Shown in pieces: positions 10,129 through 20,614 of a stretch of DNA of 64,000 bases. The translations under genes and the position numbers were made by a program. The notes under the pieces are model-generated. The model was not told the DNA's origin and did not search any database. It saw only the letters and a list, made by a program, of their open reading frames with translations. The stretch is from Xanthobacteraceae bacterium (GTDB lineage: Bacteria > Pseudomonadota > Alphaproteobacteria > Rhizobiales > Xanthobacteraceae), in assembly GCA_035651875.1 (NCBI GenBank), contig DASRET010000080.1, positions 13,790 to 77,789 of the forward strand, in the 5' to 3' direction. How positions within the stretch are numbered: the stretch's first letter is position 1; every line of letters starts with the position of its first letter.

Positions 10129-10902
10129 TTATTTGTTCTCGAACTTCGCCGCTCGCTTCTCGACGAACGCTTTCATGCCCTCTTTCTGATCGCGCGTGGC
10201 GAACAGCGAATGAAAAATGCGCCGCTCGAAGCGAATGCCTTCGGCGAGCGAGGTCTCGAACGCGCGGTTGACCGCCTCCTTGGCGGCGAGCACCGACGGC
10301 AGCGACATCGCGGCGATGGTCTCGGCGACTTTCAGTGCCTCGTCGAGCAGAGTGGCGGCCGGCACCACGCGGGCGACGAGGCCGCAGCGCTCGGCTTCGG
10401 CGGCGTCCATCGTGCGGCCGGTGAGGATGAGATCCATGGCCTTGGCCTTGCCGACCGCATGGGTGAGGCGCTGCGTGCCGCCGATGCCCGGAATGACGCC
10501 GAGCTTGATTTCCGGCTGGCCGAATTTGGCATTGTCGGCGGCGATGATGACGTCGCATTGCATGGCGAGCTCGCAGCCGCCGCCGAGCGCAAAACCGGCG
10601 ACCGCGGCGACGATCGGCTTGCGCGCCTGCGCGACGCGGTGCCACGCCGCGGTGAAGTCGGCGAAGTAGACTTCGGTAAAACTCTTGTCCGCCATTTCCT
10701 TGATGTCGGCGCCGGCCGCGAACGCCTTGTCGGAGCCGGCGATCAGCATGCAGCCGATCGCATCGTCGGCCTCGAACGCGTCGACTGCAGCCGCAAGCTC
10801 GCGCATCAGCGCGCCGTTGAGCGCATTGAGCGCGGCCGGGCGGTTGAGTCGGATCAGGCCGACCCGGCCGCGCGTCTCGACGATGATGTGCTCGGTGCTC
10901 AT
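10129..10902 (-). CDS. Enoyl-CoA hydratase (crotonase family)
   Basis: [29 protein letters not shown]...[15 protein letters not shown]...[15 protein letters not shown].... ATG 10902 is preferred to track start 10944. Confidence 0.9.
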   Translation of the reverse strand: MSTEHIIVETRGRVGLIRLNRPAALNALNGALMRELAAAVDAFEADDAIGCMLIAGSDKAFAAGADIKEMADKSFTEVYFADFTAAWHRVAQARKPIVAAVAGFALGGGCELAMQCDVIIAADNAKFGQPEIKLGVIPGIGGTQRLTHAVGKAKAMDLILTGRTMDAAEAERCGLVARVVPAATLLDEALKVAETIAAMSLPSVLAAKEAVNRAFETSLAEGIRFERRIFHSLFATRDQKEGMKAFVEKRAAKFENK

Positions 10903-11015
10903 GTTGCGGTGCTCATGGCCGATCCCTCGGCGCTGGTCATTCATGCACGGATCGGCCTAGCCGATATTTTTGCTTTGGGCCACACTGGCCGGGCTCGTGC
11001 GCAAGGGAGAACGCC

Positions 11016-12197
11016 GTGCCTTACGGAAATAGCGCCGCCCGGTTCGGCCTCAAAACCGCTCTTGTCATTGCAACGATATTCGGAGCTGCAGCCATGGCGC
11101 CATCCGCGCAAGCGGCCGACGACCCGCCCTACACGCTCGCCCGCGAGGGCTTCTTCTATGTCGGCGGCACGCTGGAGACCGCGAACGGCCACAGCCACGT
11201 CGTCAACCAGATGTACGTCGAATTCCGCATCCCGGCGGCGCAGACCCATCGCTATCCGATCGTCATGGTGCATGGCGGCACGCGCTCCGGCACGACCTAT
11301 CTGGGCACGCCCGACGGCCGCGAGGGCTGGGCGCAATATTTCGTGCGCCGCGGCTACGCCGTCTACGTGGTCGACCAGCCGGGCCGCGGCCGCTCCGGCT
11401 ACGCCACCGCGCAGTACGGCCCGAGCAAAGTCGCCGACATGGAGGGCGGCCAGCGCCGCTATCTGTCGCAGGAAAAATACCAGCTGTGGCCGCAGGCGCA
11501 CCTGCACACGCAATGGCCGGGCAGCGGCGCGCCCGACGATCCAGTCAGCGTGCAGATGGTGTCGGGCTACGTGCCGGAGATCGCCGATTTCACCACGCAG
11601 CAGGTTCTCAATCGCGACGCGCTGGTGGCGCTGTTCGACAAGATCGGCCCGGCCGTCCTGATGGTGCATTCGCAAGCCGGCGCATTCGCCTGGCCGGTCG
11701 CCGACGCGCGGCCGCAGCTCGTCAAAGCCATCGTCGGCGTCGAGCCGAACGGCCCGCCGTTCTACGAAGTCAGCTTCGTCGGCGCGCCGGATTACTTCAA
11801 GCAGGGCAAGCTGGCGCTGCCGTACGGCTTGAGCGCGGTGCCGCTTTCGTACGAGCCCCCCGTCAAAGACGCGTCCGAGCTGGCGATCTTTCAGGAAGAC
11901 AAAGCTGACGGCCCCGACCTGGTGCGCTGCTGGCTGCAGAAGTCGCCGGTGCGGCAATTACCCAACCTGCAGAAGATGCCGATCATGGTGCTGACCTCGG
12001 AAGCGTCCTATCACGCGCCCTACGACCATTGCACCGTGAAGTATCTCGCCCAGGCCGGCGTCAAGGCCACCCACATCCACCTCGCCGAGCTCGGCATCCA
12101 CGGCAATAGTCACGTCATGATGAACGAGAAGAACAACAAGGAGATCGCGGCGGTGATAGAGAAGTGGCTGGGCGAGGCGGTGAAGGAAAAAGATTAG
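11016..12197 (+). CDS. Secreted alpha/beta-hydrolase fold protein
   Basis: Signal-like N-terminus, ...PIVMVHGGTRSGTTY..., and a nucleophile elbow ...VLMVHSQAGAFAW. Confidence 0.7.
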   Translation: MPYGNSAARFGLKTALVIATIFGAAAMAPSAQAADDPPYTLAREGFFYVGGTLETANGHSHVVNQMYVEFRIPAAQTHRYPIVMVHGGTRSGTTYLGTPDGREGWAQYFVRRGYAVYVVDQPGRGRSGYATAQYGPSKVADMEGGQRRYLSQEKYQLWPQAHLHTQWPGSGAPDDPVSVQMVSGYVPEIADFTTQQVLNRDALVALFDKIGPAVLMVHSQAGAFAWPVADARPQLVKAIVGVEPNGPPFYEVSFVGAPDYFKQGKLALPYGLSAVPLSYEPPVKDASELAIFQEDKADGPDLVRCWLQKSPVRQLPNLQKMPIMVLTSEASYHAPYDHCTVKYLAQAGVKATHIHLAELGIHGNSHVMMNEKNNKEIAAVIEKWLGEAVKEKD

Positions 12198-12211
12198 TTC
12201 TCGATGTTGTC

Positions 12212-12287
12212 ATCATCCGCGCATGCGGATGATCCAGTAATCACCGATAACATCGCGTTTACTGGATGGTCTGCTTTCGCGGACCAT
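12212..12287. repeat. REP-like intergenic element with two hairpins
   Basis: Hairpins atcatccgc-gcat-gcggatgat (12212-12233) and atggtctgc-tttc-gcggaccat (12266-12287). Same two-hairpin design with a tttc loop as 21667-21715. Lies between convergent genes. Confidence 0.7.
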
Positions 12288-12305
12288 GACAGGCACGTGT
12301 TGATA

Positions 12306-13187
12306 TTACTTCTGACACGTCGGACAAAAAAACGTCGACCTCCCGTTCTGCACGATGCGCTTGACGGTGCCGCTGCAGCCCGGCGTGTGGCACGGCTGGC
12401 CTTCGCGGTCGTAAACGCGGAAGTGATGCTGAAACATGCCGAGCCCGCCGTCGGTCAGCTTGTGGTCGCGCAGCGATGAGCCGCCGTCCTTGATGGCGTC
12501 GTTGAGCGTGCGCTTGATGGCGTCGACCAGCCGCTCTGCGCGGTCGTTCGGCGCGCCGCTGCGGCTGGCGATGGTCGAGGCGAGGCGCTTGGGCGACAGC
12601 AGCGCGCGGTGCAGCGCTTCGCAGACATAAATGTTGCCGAGCCCGGCGACGACACGCTGGTCGAGCAGCGCCGCCTTGAGACTCGTCTTCTTGCCCCGGC
12701 AGGCGCGCGCAAGCATGGCGGCGTCGAATTCATTGCCGAGCGGCTCGGGGCCGAGCCCGCGCAGCAGTGGCTCGGCGTCGAGATTTTGGCGCGGCACGAT
12801 CTTCATCGAGCCGAAGCGGCGCGGATCGTTGAAGGTCACGATCGCGCCGGAAGTCATGTGAAACACCACGTGGTCATGGGTCACGTGCTGCGCCCGCTCG
12901 TGATAATAACGGCCGAGCGCAGCCGCGCCGCGTTGCTCGAACACATGAAACGAGCCGGACATGCCGAGGTGCATCATCAGCACGTCGCCTGACGAGAGAT
13001 CGGCCAATAGATATTTGGCGCGGCGGCCAAGCCCGGTGACGGTGCGGCCCTCCAGCCGCTTGACGAAATCCTTGGCCAGCGGCCAGCGCAGGTCGCCGCG
13101 GTGTACGTCGACCTTGGCAAAACGCGCGCCTTCCATGACCGGCTCCAGGCCGCGGCGCACGGTTTCGACTTCGGGCAGTTCGGGCAT
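12306..13187 (-). CDS. mutM: Formamidopyrimidine-DNA glycosylase
   Basis: Starts [14 protein letters not shown] (catalytic N-terminal Pro-Glu). C-terminal zinc finger ...[28 protein letters not shown]. Confidence 0.95.
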   Translation of the reverse strand: MPELPEVETVRRGLEPVMEGARFAKVDVHRGDLRWPLAKDFVKRLEGRTVTGLGRRAKYLLADLSSGDVLMMHLGMSGSFHVFEQRGAAALGRYYHERAQHVTHDHVVFHMTSGAIVTFNDPRRFGSMKIVPRQNLDAEPLLRGLGPEPLGNEFDAAMLARACRGKKTSLKAALLDQRVVAGLGNIYVCEALHRALLSPKRLASTIASRSGAPNDRAERLVDAIKRTLNDAIKDGGSSLRDHKLTDGGLGMFQHHFRVYDREGQPCHTPGCSGTVKRIVQNGRSTFFCPTCQK

Positions 13188-13201
13188 CTAACCCATCGCG
13201 C

Positions 13202-13585
13202 TCATGCCGCAGGCTTCGCCGTCGGCTCGCCGAAGGTGATGCGATTGCCGAACGGATCGTTCACCGTCAATTCGAGCATGCCCCATTCCTGCTCCTGCAG
13301 TCCGGGGCGGTTGTAGCGGTACTTCTTGTCGGCGAGTTCGCGATGCAACTCGCGAACGCCGGTCACCGCGACAAAGACCTTGGAGCCAGGCGTGGCGTCG
13401 CCGTGGTGCTCGCTGAGATGGATGGCTAACCCGTCTCGCGACACCTGCATGTAGAGCGGCAGATCTGGCGCGAAGCGGGCTTCCCAATCGACCTTGAACC
13501 CGAGAAAATCGAGGTAGAACTCGCGGGCCTTCTCCACGGAGAACATGCGGAACACCGGGATAACCCGCTCGAACGCAATGGTCAT
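13202..13585 (-). CDS. Glyoxalase/bleomycin-resistance (VOC) family protein
   Basis: 127 aa. ...VEKAREFYLDFLGFKVDWE...LAIHLSEHHGD...ELTVNDPFGNRITF is typical of the VOC fold. Confidence 0.8.
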   Translation of the reverse strand: MTIAFERVIPVFRMFSVEKAREFYLDFLGFKVDWEARFAPDLPLYMQVSRDGLAIHLSEHHGDATPGSKVFVAVTGVRELHRELADKKYRYNRPGLQEQEWGMLELTVNDPFGNRITFGEPTAKPAA

Positions 13586-13677
13586 TTTAACTGCCCTTTG
13601 CGGTTAAGTTTGCTCCGTCGGCACTCTTTGTAGCGCCGGCGGCCCCGCCGCGCTATCGTTGAGGCCTAGGATGCACC

Positions 13678-14439
13678 ATGACTGACACCGACCGCAGAGC
13701 GGCCGATTTCGGCTACCGCCAGGTGCCGCTTGGCGACAAGCAGGCGCTGGTCGACGACGTATTCCGCAGCGTGGCGCGGCAGTACGACCTGATGAACGAC
13801 TTGATGTCGTTTGGGCTGCATCGCGCCTGGAAGGACGCGCTGGTCACCGCGGTCGATCCGCCGAGGAGCCGGCCGTTCGCGCATCTCGACATCGCCGGCG
13901 GCACCGGCGACGTGGCGCTGCGCGTGCTCCAGGCCGGCGGCGACCGGACGCGGGTGACGGTCTGCGACATCAATGCCGACATGCTCGCGGTCGGCCGCGA
14001 GCGCGCTGCGGCGAAGGGCTATGGCGACGCGCTCACCTTCATCGAGGCCAATGCCGAAGCGCTGCCGTTTCCCGACCGCAGCTTCGATGCCGCCACCATC
14101 GCGTTCGGCATCCGCAACGTGACGCGGATCGACGCGGCGCTGGCCGAAGCCTTCCGCGTGCTCAAGATCGGCGGCAAATTCTTGTGCCTCGAATTCTCGG
14201 CCGTCGATGTGCCGGGCCTCGACCGGCTGTACGACCTCTATTCCTTCAACGTTATCCCGGCGCTCGGCCGCGCCGTGACTGGCGATGCGGAATCCTACCG
14301 CTACCTCGTCGAATCGATCCGGCGCTTTCCCAACCCGCAGGCCTTCGCCGGCATGATGCGGGCCGCCGACTTCGCGCGCGTGAACCATCAAATCATGAGC
14401 GGCGGCATCGTCGCGCTGCATTCCGGCTGGCGCTTGTGA
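13678..14439 (+). CDS. ubiE: Ubiquinone/menaquinone biosynthesis C-methyltransferase
   Basis: ...[24 protein letters not shown]...LDIAGGTGD...FGIRNV.... Confidence 0.95.
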   Translation: MTDTDRRAADFGYRQVPLGDKQALVDDVFRSVARQYDLMNDLMSFGLHRAWKDALVTAVDPPRSRPFAHLDIAGGTGDVALRVLQAGGDRTRVTVCDINADMLAVGRERAAAKGYGDALTFIEANAEALPFPDRSFDAATIAFGIRNVTRIDAALAEAFRVLKIGGKFLCLEFSAVDVPGLDRLYDLYSFNVIPALGRAVTGDAESYRYLVESIRRFPNPQAFAGMMRAADFARVNHQIMSGGIVALHSGWRL

Positions 14440-16004
14440 TCAGCGGCCCGGCGCATCTCGTTCGGCTCGCCCGCGCCGGCTTCGTGTTCGCCCGCGAGGG
14501 CGTGTTCGGCGTCATCGATCCGGCGCTGGTGCCGGGGCCGGCGCGCTTCGGGCTTCGCGTGGCGCGGCTGATCGAACGGCCGAGCCGCGACACCGCGGAG
14601 GCGCGGCTGTCCACGGCGCTGACCCGGCTGGGGCCGAGCTACGTCAAGCTCGGCCAGTTTTTGGCGACGCGCCCGGACGTGGTCGGCATCGCGTTCGCCC
14701 GCGATCTCGAGCGCCTGCAGGACCAGATGCCGCCGTTCCCGCAAGCCGAGGCGGAAGCCGCCGTCGCCGCCTCGCTCGATCGGCCGATCGGCGCGGCATT
14801 CGCGAGCTTCGGTCCGCCGGTCGCCGCCGCCTCGATCGCGCAGGTGCACCGCGCCGAGGTCGCGACCGCGGCGGGGTTGCGCCCGGTCGCGGTGAAAGTG
14901 CTGCGCCCCAATGTCGAGCAGCGCTTCCATGCCGACCTGCGCGCCTTCACCTTCGCGGCGCGTCACGCCGAAAGCTATTCCGCCGAAGCGCGCCGGCTGC
15001 GCCTGATCGAAGTCGTCGACACATTGCGGCGCTCGGTCATGGTCGAGATGGATTTCCGGCTGGAAGCAGCGGCACTCTCCGAAATGGCGGAGAACACCAA
15101 GGACGATCCGGATTTCCGCGTGCCGGCGGTCGATTGGGACCGCACCAGCAAGGAAGTGCTGACGCTCGAATGGATCGACGCCACGCCGATGTCCGATCGC
15201 GCCGCCCTGCAGGCCAAGGGCTTCGATCTGCGCCAGCTCGCCCGCTCCTTGATCCAGACCTTCCTGCGCCACGCCCTGCGCGATGGCTTTTTCCACGCCG
15301 ACATGCATCCCGGCAATCTGTTCGTCGACCACGAGGGCCGGCTGATCGCGGTTGACTTCGGCATCATGGGCCGGCTCGGCGTCAAGGAGCGGCTGTTCCT
15401 CGCCGAAATTCTGCACGGCTTCATCACCCGCGATTATCACCGCGTCGCCGAGGTACACTTCGAGGCCGGCTATGTGCCGCGCCACCATTCGGTGGAGAAT
15501 TTCGCTCAGGCGATCCGCGCCATCGGCGAGCCGATCCACAGCCGCACCGCCGAGGAAATCTCCATGGCGCGGCTCTTGGCGCTGCTGTTCGAGGTCACCG
15601 GCATTTTCGACATGCGCACACGGCCGGAATTGCTGCTCCTGCAGAAGACCATGGTGGTGGTCGAGGGCGTGGCGCGCTCGTTCGACCCCAAGCTCGACAT
15701 GTGGAGCACGGCGGAGCCGGTGGTCGGCGAGTGGATCGCGCGCCATCTCGGTCCCGCCGGCAAGCTCGAGAACGCCGCCGACGGCGCGCTCGAGCTCGGC
15801 CGCTTCGCCGGCAACCTGCCTGGCCTGTTGACCCGGGGCGCCCGCGTGCTCGACCAGCTCGACGAAGCGACCCGCGACGGCCTGGTGCTGGCCGAGCACA
15901 CCATCAACAAGCTCGACAAGGACGAGGCCCGCCGCGACGCCTGGATCATCGGCGCGCTGTACCTGATCGCGCTGTTGCTGCTGGTGCTCATCCTGACCCG
16001 ATGA
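14436..16004 (+). CDS. ubiB: Ubiquinone biosynthesis regulatory protein kinase UbiB
   Basis: GTG 14436 overlaps the ubiE stop (GTGA). ...[20 protein letters not shown]...ASIAQVHRA...[13 protein letters not shown].... The first 84 codons of the track ORF lie inside ubiE. Confidence 0.9.
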   Translation: MISGPAHLVRLARAGFVFAREGVFGVIDPALVPGPARFGLRVARLIERPSRDTAEARLSTALTRLGPSYVKLGQFLATRPDVVGIAFARDLERLQDQMPPFPQAEAEAAVAASLDRPIGAAFASFGPPVAAASIAQVHRAEVATAAGLRPVAVKVLRPNVEQRFHADLRAFTFAARHAESYSAEARRLRLIEVVDTLRRSVMVEMDFRLEAAALSEMAENTKDDPDFRVPAVDWDRTSKEVLTLEWIDATPMSDRAALQAKGFDLRQLARSLIQTFLRHALRDGFFHADMHPGNLFVDHEGRLIAVDFGIMGRLGVKERLFLAEILHGFITRDYHRVAEVHFEAGYVPRHHSVENFAQAIRAIGEPIHSRTAEEISMARLLALLFEVTGIFDMRTRPELLLLQKTMVVVEGVARSFDPKLDMWSTAEPVVGEWIARHLGPAGKLENAADGALELGRFAGNLPGLLTRGARVLDQLDEATRDGLVLAEHTINKLDKDEARRDAWIIGALYLIALLLLVLILTR

Positions 16005-16028
16005 TTGCATTGATTGCAGTGCAATCAT
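16001..16028. promoter_or_regulatory. Candidate operator: three TGATTGCA half-sites (two direct, one inverted)
   Basis: aTGATTGCAtTGATTGCAgTGCAATCAt, ending 31 nt upstream of the coaBC ATG and overlapping the ubiB stop codon. Confidence 0.4.
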
Positions 16029-16058
16029 AAGGTAAAGCTGGGCGGTAAGGGTCCCAGC

Positions 16059-17498
16059 ATGGCACGCCTCGCCAGTCTCACCGTCCGCCGGCTCGACGCA
16101 CGGCTCAAGCAGCAGCTCCGCCTGCGCGCCGCCGCCAACGGCCGCTCCATGGAAGACGAAGTGCGCGCGATTTTGCGCAGCGCGACCGGCAGCGCTGCGG
16201 ATGCGGAGCTCGCGAGCGGCGAAACACTGCGGCCTGAACACATTCAACATGTGCGCCGGGACGAGGAGCACGCCCAGGACGCGGCGCTCGCCCGCTGGCG
16301 CGTCCTGCTCATCATCGGCGGCGGCATCGCGGCCTATAAATCCCTCGACCTGATCCGCCGCTTGGCGGACCGCGGCGCACGGGTGCGCTGCATCCTCACC
16401 CAGGCGGCCCAGCATTTCGTCACGCCGCTTGCCGCCGGCGCGCTCTGCGGCGAGCGCGCCTTCACCGACTTGTTCGATCCGCACAGCGAATTCGACGTCG
16501 GCCACATCCGCCTCGCCCGCGACACCGATCTGATCGTGGTCGCACCCGCGACCGCCGATCTGATGGCCAAGATGGTGGGCGGCCATGCCGACGATCTCGC
16601 CAGTGCGGTGCTGCTCGCCACCGACAAGCCGATCCTGCTCGCGCCGGCCATGAACCCGCGCATGTGGGCTGCGAAGGCGACCCAGCGCAATCTGGTGCAG
16701 CTTGTGGCCGACGGCGTGCGCATGGTCGGTCCGGGCAGCGGCGAGATGGCCGAGCGCGGCGAAGCCGGTCTCGGCCGCATGGCCGAGCCGTTCGACATCG
16801 CCGCTGCTGCTGCCGCGCTGCTGCCGCGCGACGGAGCACTTTCCGGCAGGCGCGTGCTGGTGACGTCCGGGCCGACCCACGAGCCAATCGATCCGGTGCG
16901 CTTCATCGCTAACCGCTCCTCCGGCAAGCAGGGCCACGCCATCGCGGCCGCGGCCGCGGCGGCCGGAGCCGACGTCGTGCTGGTATCGGGGCCGGTTGAC
17001 GTGCCGGACCCGCCCGGCGTCGCAGTCGTGAAAATCGAAGCCGCGAACGAGATGCTGACGGCGGTCGAAAAAGCATTGCCGGCCGACATCGCGATCTTCG
17101 CCGCCGCCGTCGCCGATTGGCGCGTCGAGCGGCCAAGCCCCAGCAAGATCAAGAAACAAGACGGCCGGCCGCGCGATCTCGGGCCTCTCGTGGAAAATCC
17201 CGATATTCTTTCAACCATCGCGCATCTGAAAACGAAGCGCCCGCGGCTGGTCGTCGGCTTTGCGGCGGAGACCGACGACGTGGTCGGCAACGCCAAGGCC
17301 AAGCGCATCAAAAAGGGTTGCGACTGGATTTTGGCCAACGACGTCTCTCCGGAAACCGGCATCATGGGCGGCGACAGCAACACCATTCACCTGATCACCG
17401 CGACCGACGTCGAAGACTGGCCGCCGCTGTCCAAGGACGCGGTGGCGCGCCGGCTGATCGCGCGCATCGCCACGGCGCTGCAGGGCCAAAAACCGTGA
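16059..17498 (+). CDS. coaBC: Bifunctional phosphopantothenoylcysteine decarboxylase / phosphopantothenate-cysteine ligase with an N-terminal ribbon-helix-helix-like extension
   Basis: Flavoprotein part ...[21 protein letters not shown]...APAMNPRMW.... CoaB part ...[27 protein letters not shown].... Preceded in frame by [42 protein letters not shown]. Confidence 0.9.
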   Translation: MARLASLTVRRLDARLKQQLRLRAAANGRSMEDEVRAILRSATGSAADAELASGETLRPEHIQHVRRDEEHAQDAALARWRVLLIIGGGIAAYKSLDLIRRLADRGARVRCILTQAAQHFVTPLAAGALCGERAFTDLFDPHSEFDVGHIRLARDTDLIVVAPATADLMAKMVGGHADDLASAVLLATDKPILLAPAMNPRMWAAKATQRNLVQLVADGVRMVGPGSGEMAERGEAGLGRMAEPFDIAAAAAALLPRDGALSGRRVLVTSGPTHEPIDPVRFIANRSSGKQGHAIAAAAAAAGADVVLVSGPVDVPDPPGVAVVKIEAANEMLTAVEKALPADIAIFAAAVADWRVERPSPSKIKKQDGRPRDLGPLVENPDILSTIAHLKTKRPRLVVGFAAETDDVVGNAKAKRIKKGCDWILANDVSPETGIMGGDSNTIHLITATDVEDWPPLSKDAVARRLIARIATALQGQKP

Positions 17499-17959
17499 GC
17501 GAGGCGCCCATCGACATCCGCGTGCTGCGCCTGCCGCATGCCGCCGGCCTGCCGCTACCGGCCTATCAGAGCGCGCTCGCCGCCGGGCTCGATCTCGTTG
17601 CCGCCGTGCCGGCGCAAGCGCCCGTCACCATCCCGCCGGGCGGCCGCGCCATGATCCCGACCGGCATCGCGCTCGCGCTGCCGCGCGGCCACGAGGGTCA
17701 GATCCGGCCGCGCTCCGGTCTGGCGGCGCGCCACGGCGTCACCGTGCTCAACACGCCCGGCACCATCGATGCCGATTACCGCGGCGAGGTGCAGGTCATT
17801 TTGATCAACCACGGCGCCGAGCCGTTCATCGTCGAGCGCGGCATGCGCATCGCGCAGCTCGTCGTCGCCCGTGTCGAACGCGCGACGCTGGTCGAGGTCG
17901 ACAGTTTGGATGCGACAGAACGCGCATCAGGCGGCATCGGCTCGACCGGCACGTCCTAA
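17495..17959 (+). CDS. dut: dUTP diphosphatase
   Basis: GTG 17495 overlaps the coaBC stop (GTGA). ...AAGLDL...[10 protein letters not shown]...[28 protein letters not shown]...ERG.RIAQLV.... Confidence 0.9.
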   Translation: MSEAPIDIRVLRLPHAAGLPLPAYQSALAAGLDLVAAVPAQAPVTIPPGGRAMIPTGIALALPRGHEGQIRPRSGLAARHGVTVLNTPGTIDADYRGEVQVILINHGAEPFIVERGMRIAQLVVARVERATLVEVDSLDATERASGGIGSTGTS

Positions 17960-18033
17960 AAGCCCCGTTCACGATCTGGACTCTTTCGGCGCGATTCCCG
18001 TTGAGAGTAAAGTGAATCGATTCGCCGGCGGCG

Positions 18034-20601
18034 GTGGGCCGGCAGAGGCGACGGGGTATGCCGGACACGATCCGGGCGAGCGGGGGCTCGGCTCATCCGC
18101 GGCGACGCGGATTCTTGAAGACTGCATGGCCCGTGGCCTGCTCGACGGCGCTCCTCGGCGGCGGCGCGCCCGCGCCGGCGCGCGCCAATGAGCAGCCGCT
18201 GTTCGCGCTGCATGCGCTAGCGGTCAATGCGTATCGCGGCTTCGGCAGCCACGAGCTTGCCGTTCTTATTCCGATGCTCGGGCTGATCGCGTTCGCCGCC
18301 GTCACGGCGGTGCTGCTCGTGCGCACGCGGGCCCGCGCCGCGCGGCTGGAAAGCGCGGCGCGTGACGAGATTGCCGGATTGCGCGACCGGCTCGACCGCG
18401 CCCAGGCGCTGCTGCTCGCCGAGCCGCAAGTCATCGTCGACTGGCCGGCGGCATCGGAAAATCCCGGCATCGAAGGCGAGCCCGACATTCTCGGCGTCGG
18501 CGAGCCGCATCGCGTACTGGCCTTCGGTAGCTGGCTCGACGCCGCCAAGGCGAGCGCGATGGAGCACGCGGTCGAGGCGCTGCGCAGCCGCGGCGAACCG
18601 TTCGCCCTCATGCTCACCACGCTGTCCGGCCGCTTTGTCGAGGCCTATGGCCGCGCCATCGGTGGCCGCGCCGTGTTGCGGCTCAAAGACGCCGGCGAGA
18701 CCACGCGCGAGTTGGTGCAGCTCACCGAGCACCACGAACAACTGCAGACCGAGACCGCGGCGCTGCGCACCTTGATCGAAACTTTGCCGTCGCCGGCCTG
18801 GACTCGCGATGCGGTCGGCCGGCTCACCTTCGTCAACTCGGCCTACGCGCGCGCCGTCGAAGCCAAAGACGGCGCCGAGGCGGTCGTGCGCCGCGTCGAG
18901 TTGCTCGACAGCGCCGCCCGCGACACCATCGCCCAGGCGCGCATCCAGACCGGCGCCTATGCGGGCCGCCTGCCGGTAGTGGTCGCCGGCGCGCGGCGCG
19001 CTTTCGACGTTCTGGAATTCCGCACCACAAGCGGCAGCGCCGGCATCGGCACCGACGCCACCGAGGCCGAAAGCATGCGCGGCGCGCTGGCGCGCCTCGT
19101 CGACGCACACCGCCGCACGCTCGACCAATTGCCGATCGGCGTTGCCAGCTTCGATGCCAAGCAGCGGCTCACGTTCTACAACGCCGCCTATCGGGCGTTG
19201 TGGGATCTCGACGCCGCGTATCTCGATCAAGGGCCGACCGACTCGGCGCTGATCGAAGAGCTGCGCGCCGCCGGCAAGCTCCCTGAGCAGCTGGACTTCC
19301 GTAATTTCCGCGCCTGGAAGGCGCAGCTCCACGAAGCCTATCGGGCCAACGACCCGAAGGAGCACATCTGGCATCTGGCCGGCGGCCGCACCGTGCGCGT
19401 CGTCACCACGCCCAATCCGGACGGCGGCGTGACGTACCTGTTCCACGATGTCACCGAGCGGCTCGAGCTGGAGCGGCGCTTCGAGGAGATGATCCGCGTG
19501 CAGGGCGAGACGCTGGATAATCTCGCCGAAGGCGTCGCGGTGTTCGCCAGCGACGGAAGGCTGCGGCTCTCCAATCCGGCCTTCGCCGCGATGTGGCGGC
19601 TCGATAGGGCCGCGCTCGCCGAGCGGCCGCACATAGAGACCATTACGGCCTTGTGCCGGCCGCTGCACGGCGGCAATCCGCTCTGGCAGTCGGTGCGCGA
19701 GGCGGTCACCGCGATGGACGGCCGCACCGCGGTCGCCGGCCGGCTCGAACGCCGCGACGGCAGCGTGGTCGATTGCTCGACCGTGCCGCTGCCGGGCGGC
19801 GCCACGCTGGTGGCGTTCCACGACGTCACGGACTCGGTCAACGTCGAGCGCGCGCTACGCGAGCGCAACGAGGCGCTGGAGGACGCCGACCGCATCAAGA
19901 TCAGCTTCGTGCACCACGTCTCCTACGAGCTGCGCTCGCCGCTCACCAACATCATCGGCTTCGTGCACCTGCTCGCCGATCCGACCACCGGCCCGCTTGC
20001 GCCCAAGCAGCGCGAATATCTCGACTACATCACCGTGTCGTCGAACACGCTGTTGGCGCTGATCAACAACATCCTCGATCTCGCCACCATCGATGCCGGC
20101 CGCATGCAGCTCAGCCTCGGGTCGGTCGATATCCGTAACGCCATGCAGGCGGCCGCCGAGGGCGTGCAGGACCGCCTCGTCAGCGCCGGGCTTGTGCTCG
20201 ACATTCGCGCCACGCCGGACATCGGCAGCTTCGTCGCCGACGCCGCGCGGCTCCGCCAAATTCTATTCAACCTCCTCGCCAACGCGGTGAGCTTCTCGCC
20301 GGGCGGCGCCACCATCACGCTCACCGCCGAGCGCCGCGACGGCGAGGTGGCGTTCTCCGTCACCGACAAGGGCCCGGGCATTCCGCCCGACGTGCTGGAA
20401 AAAGTCTTCAACTGGTTCGAGACGCATTCGCTCGGCTCGCATCATCGCGGTCCCGGCATCGGCCTGTCGCTGGTGCGCTCGTTCGTCGAGCTGCACGGCG
20501 GCACCGTGACCATCGCGTCGGAGGTCGGGCAGGGCACCACGGTGACCTGCACGTTCCCGACCGGCGAAGGCGGCGCCGCTGCCGCGCGCAGCGCGGCCTG
20601 A
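18034..20601 (+). CDS. PAS-domain sensor histidine kinase (no adjacent response regulator)
   Basis: One TM segment (LAVLIPMLGLIAFAAVTAVLLV). H-box ...KISFVHHVSYELRSPLTNI.... ATP-binding blocks ...NLLANAVSFSP..., ...DKGPGIPPDV..., ...GPGIGLSLV.... Exact start uncertain. Confidence 0.8.
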   Translation: MGRQRRRGMPDTIRASGGSAHPRRRGFLKTAWPVACSTALLGGGAPAPARANEQPLFALHALAVNAYRGFGSHELAVLIPMLGLIAFAAVTAVLLVRTRARAARLESAARDEIAGLRDRLDRAQALLLAEPQVIVDWPAASENPGIEGEPDILGVGEPHRVLAFGSWLDAAKASAMEHAVEALRSRGEPFALMLTTLSGRFVEAYGRAIGGRAVLRLKDAGETTRELVQLTEHHEQLQTETAALRTLIETLPSPAWTRDAVGRLTFVNSAYARAVEAKDGAEAVVRRVELLDSAARDTIAQARIQTGAYAGRLPVVVAGARRAFDVLEFRTTSGSAGIGTDATEAESMRGALARLVDAHRRTLDQLPIGVASFDAKQRLTFYNAAYRALWDLDAAYLDQGPTDSALIEELRAAGKLPEQLDFRNFRAWKAQLHEAYRANDPKEHIWHLAGGRTVRVVTTPNPDGGVTYLFHDVTERLELERRFEEMIRVQGETLDNLAEGVAVFASDGRLRLSNPAFAAMWRLDRAALAERPHIETITALCRPLHGGNPLWQSVREAVTAMDGRTAVAGRLERRDGSVVDCSTVPLPGGATLVAFHDVTDSVNVERALRERNEALEDADRIKISFVHHVSYELRSPLTNIIGFVHLLADPTTGPLAPKQREYLDYITVSSNTLLALINNILDLATIDAGRMQLSLGSVDIRNAMQAAAEGVQDRLVSAGLVLDIRATPDIGSFVADAARLRQILFNLLANAVSFSPGGATITLTAERRDGEVAFSVTDKGPGIPPDVLEKVFNWFETHSLGSHHRGPGIGLSLVRSFVELHGGTVTIASEVGQGTTVTCTFPTGEGGAAAARSAA

Positions 20602-20614
20602 CGTGCGCGCACAA

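Noticed and set aside
12212-12287. Possibility that the two-hairpin REP elements (12212-12287, 21667-21715, 34974-35054) are mobile MITEs or small RNA genes
   Set aside because: They have no terminal inverted repeats with target duplications and no promoter-like context. They sit at gene 3' ends like ordinary REP/terminator elements of high-G+C alphaproteobacteria.
14388-17159. 923-aa - strand ORF spanning ubiB and coaBC
   Set aside because: Antisense to two unambiguous housekeeping genes, with an Arg/Gly/Asp-rich translation and no recognisable domain. The same reasoning applies to 26706-28448 (-), 29351-31315 (-), 50033-52159 (-), 18217-19821 (-), 556-1410 (+), 1540-2640 (+), 2504-3994 (+), 8156-9706 (+), 10210-11661 (+), 35496-37268 (+) and similar track entries.
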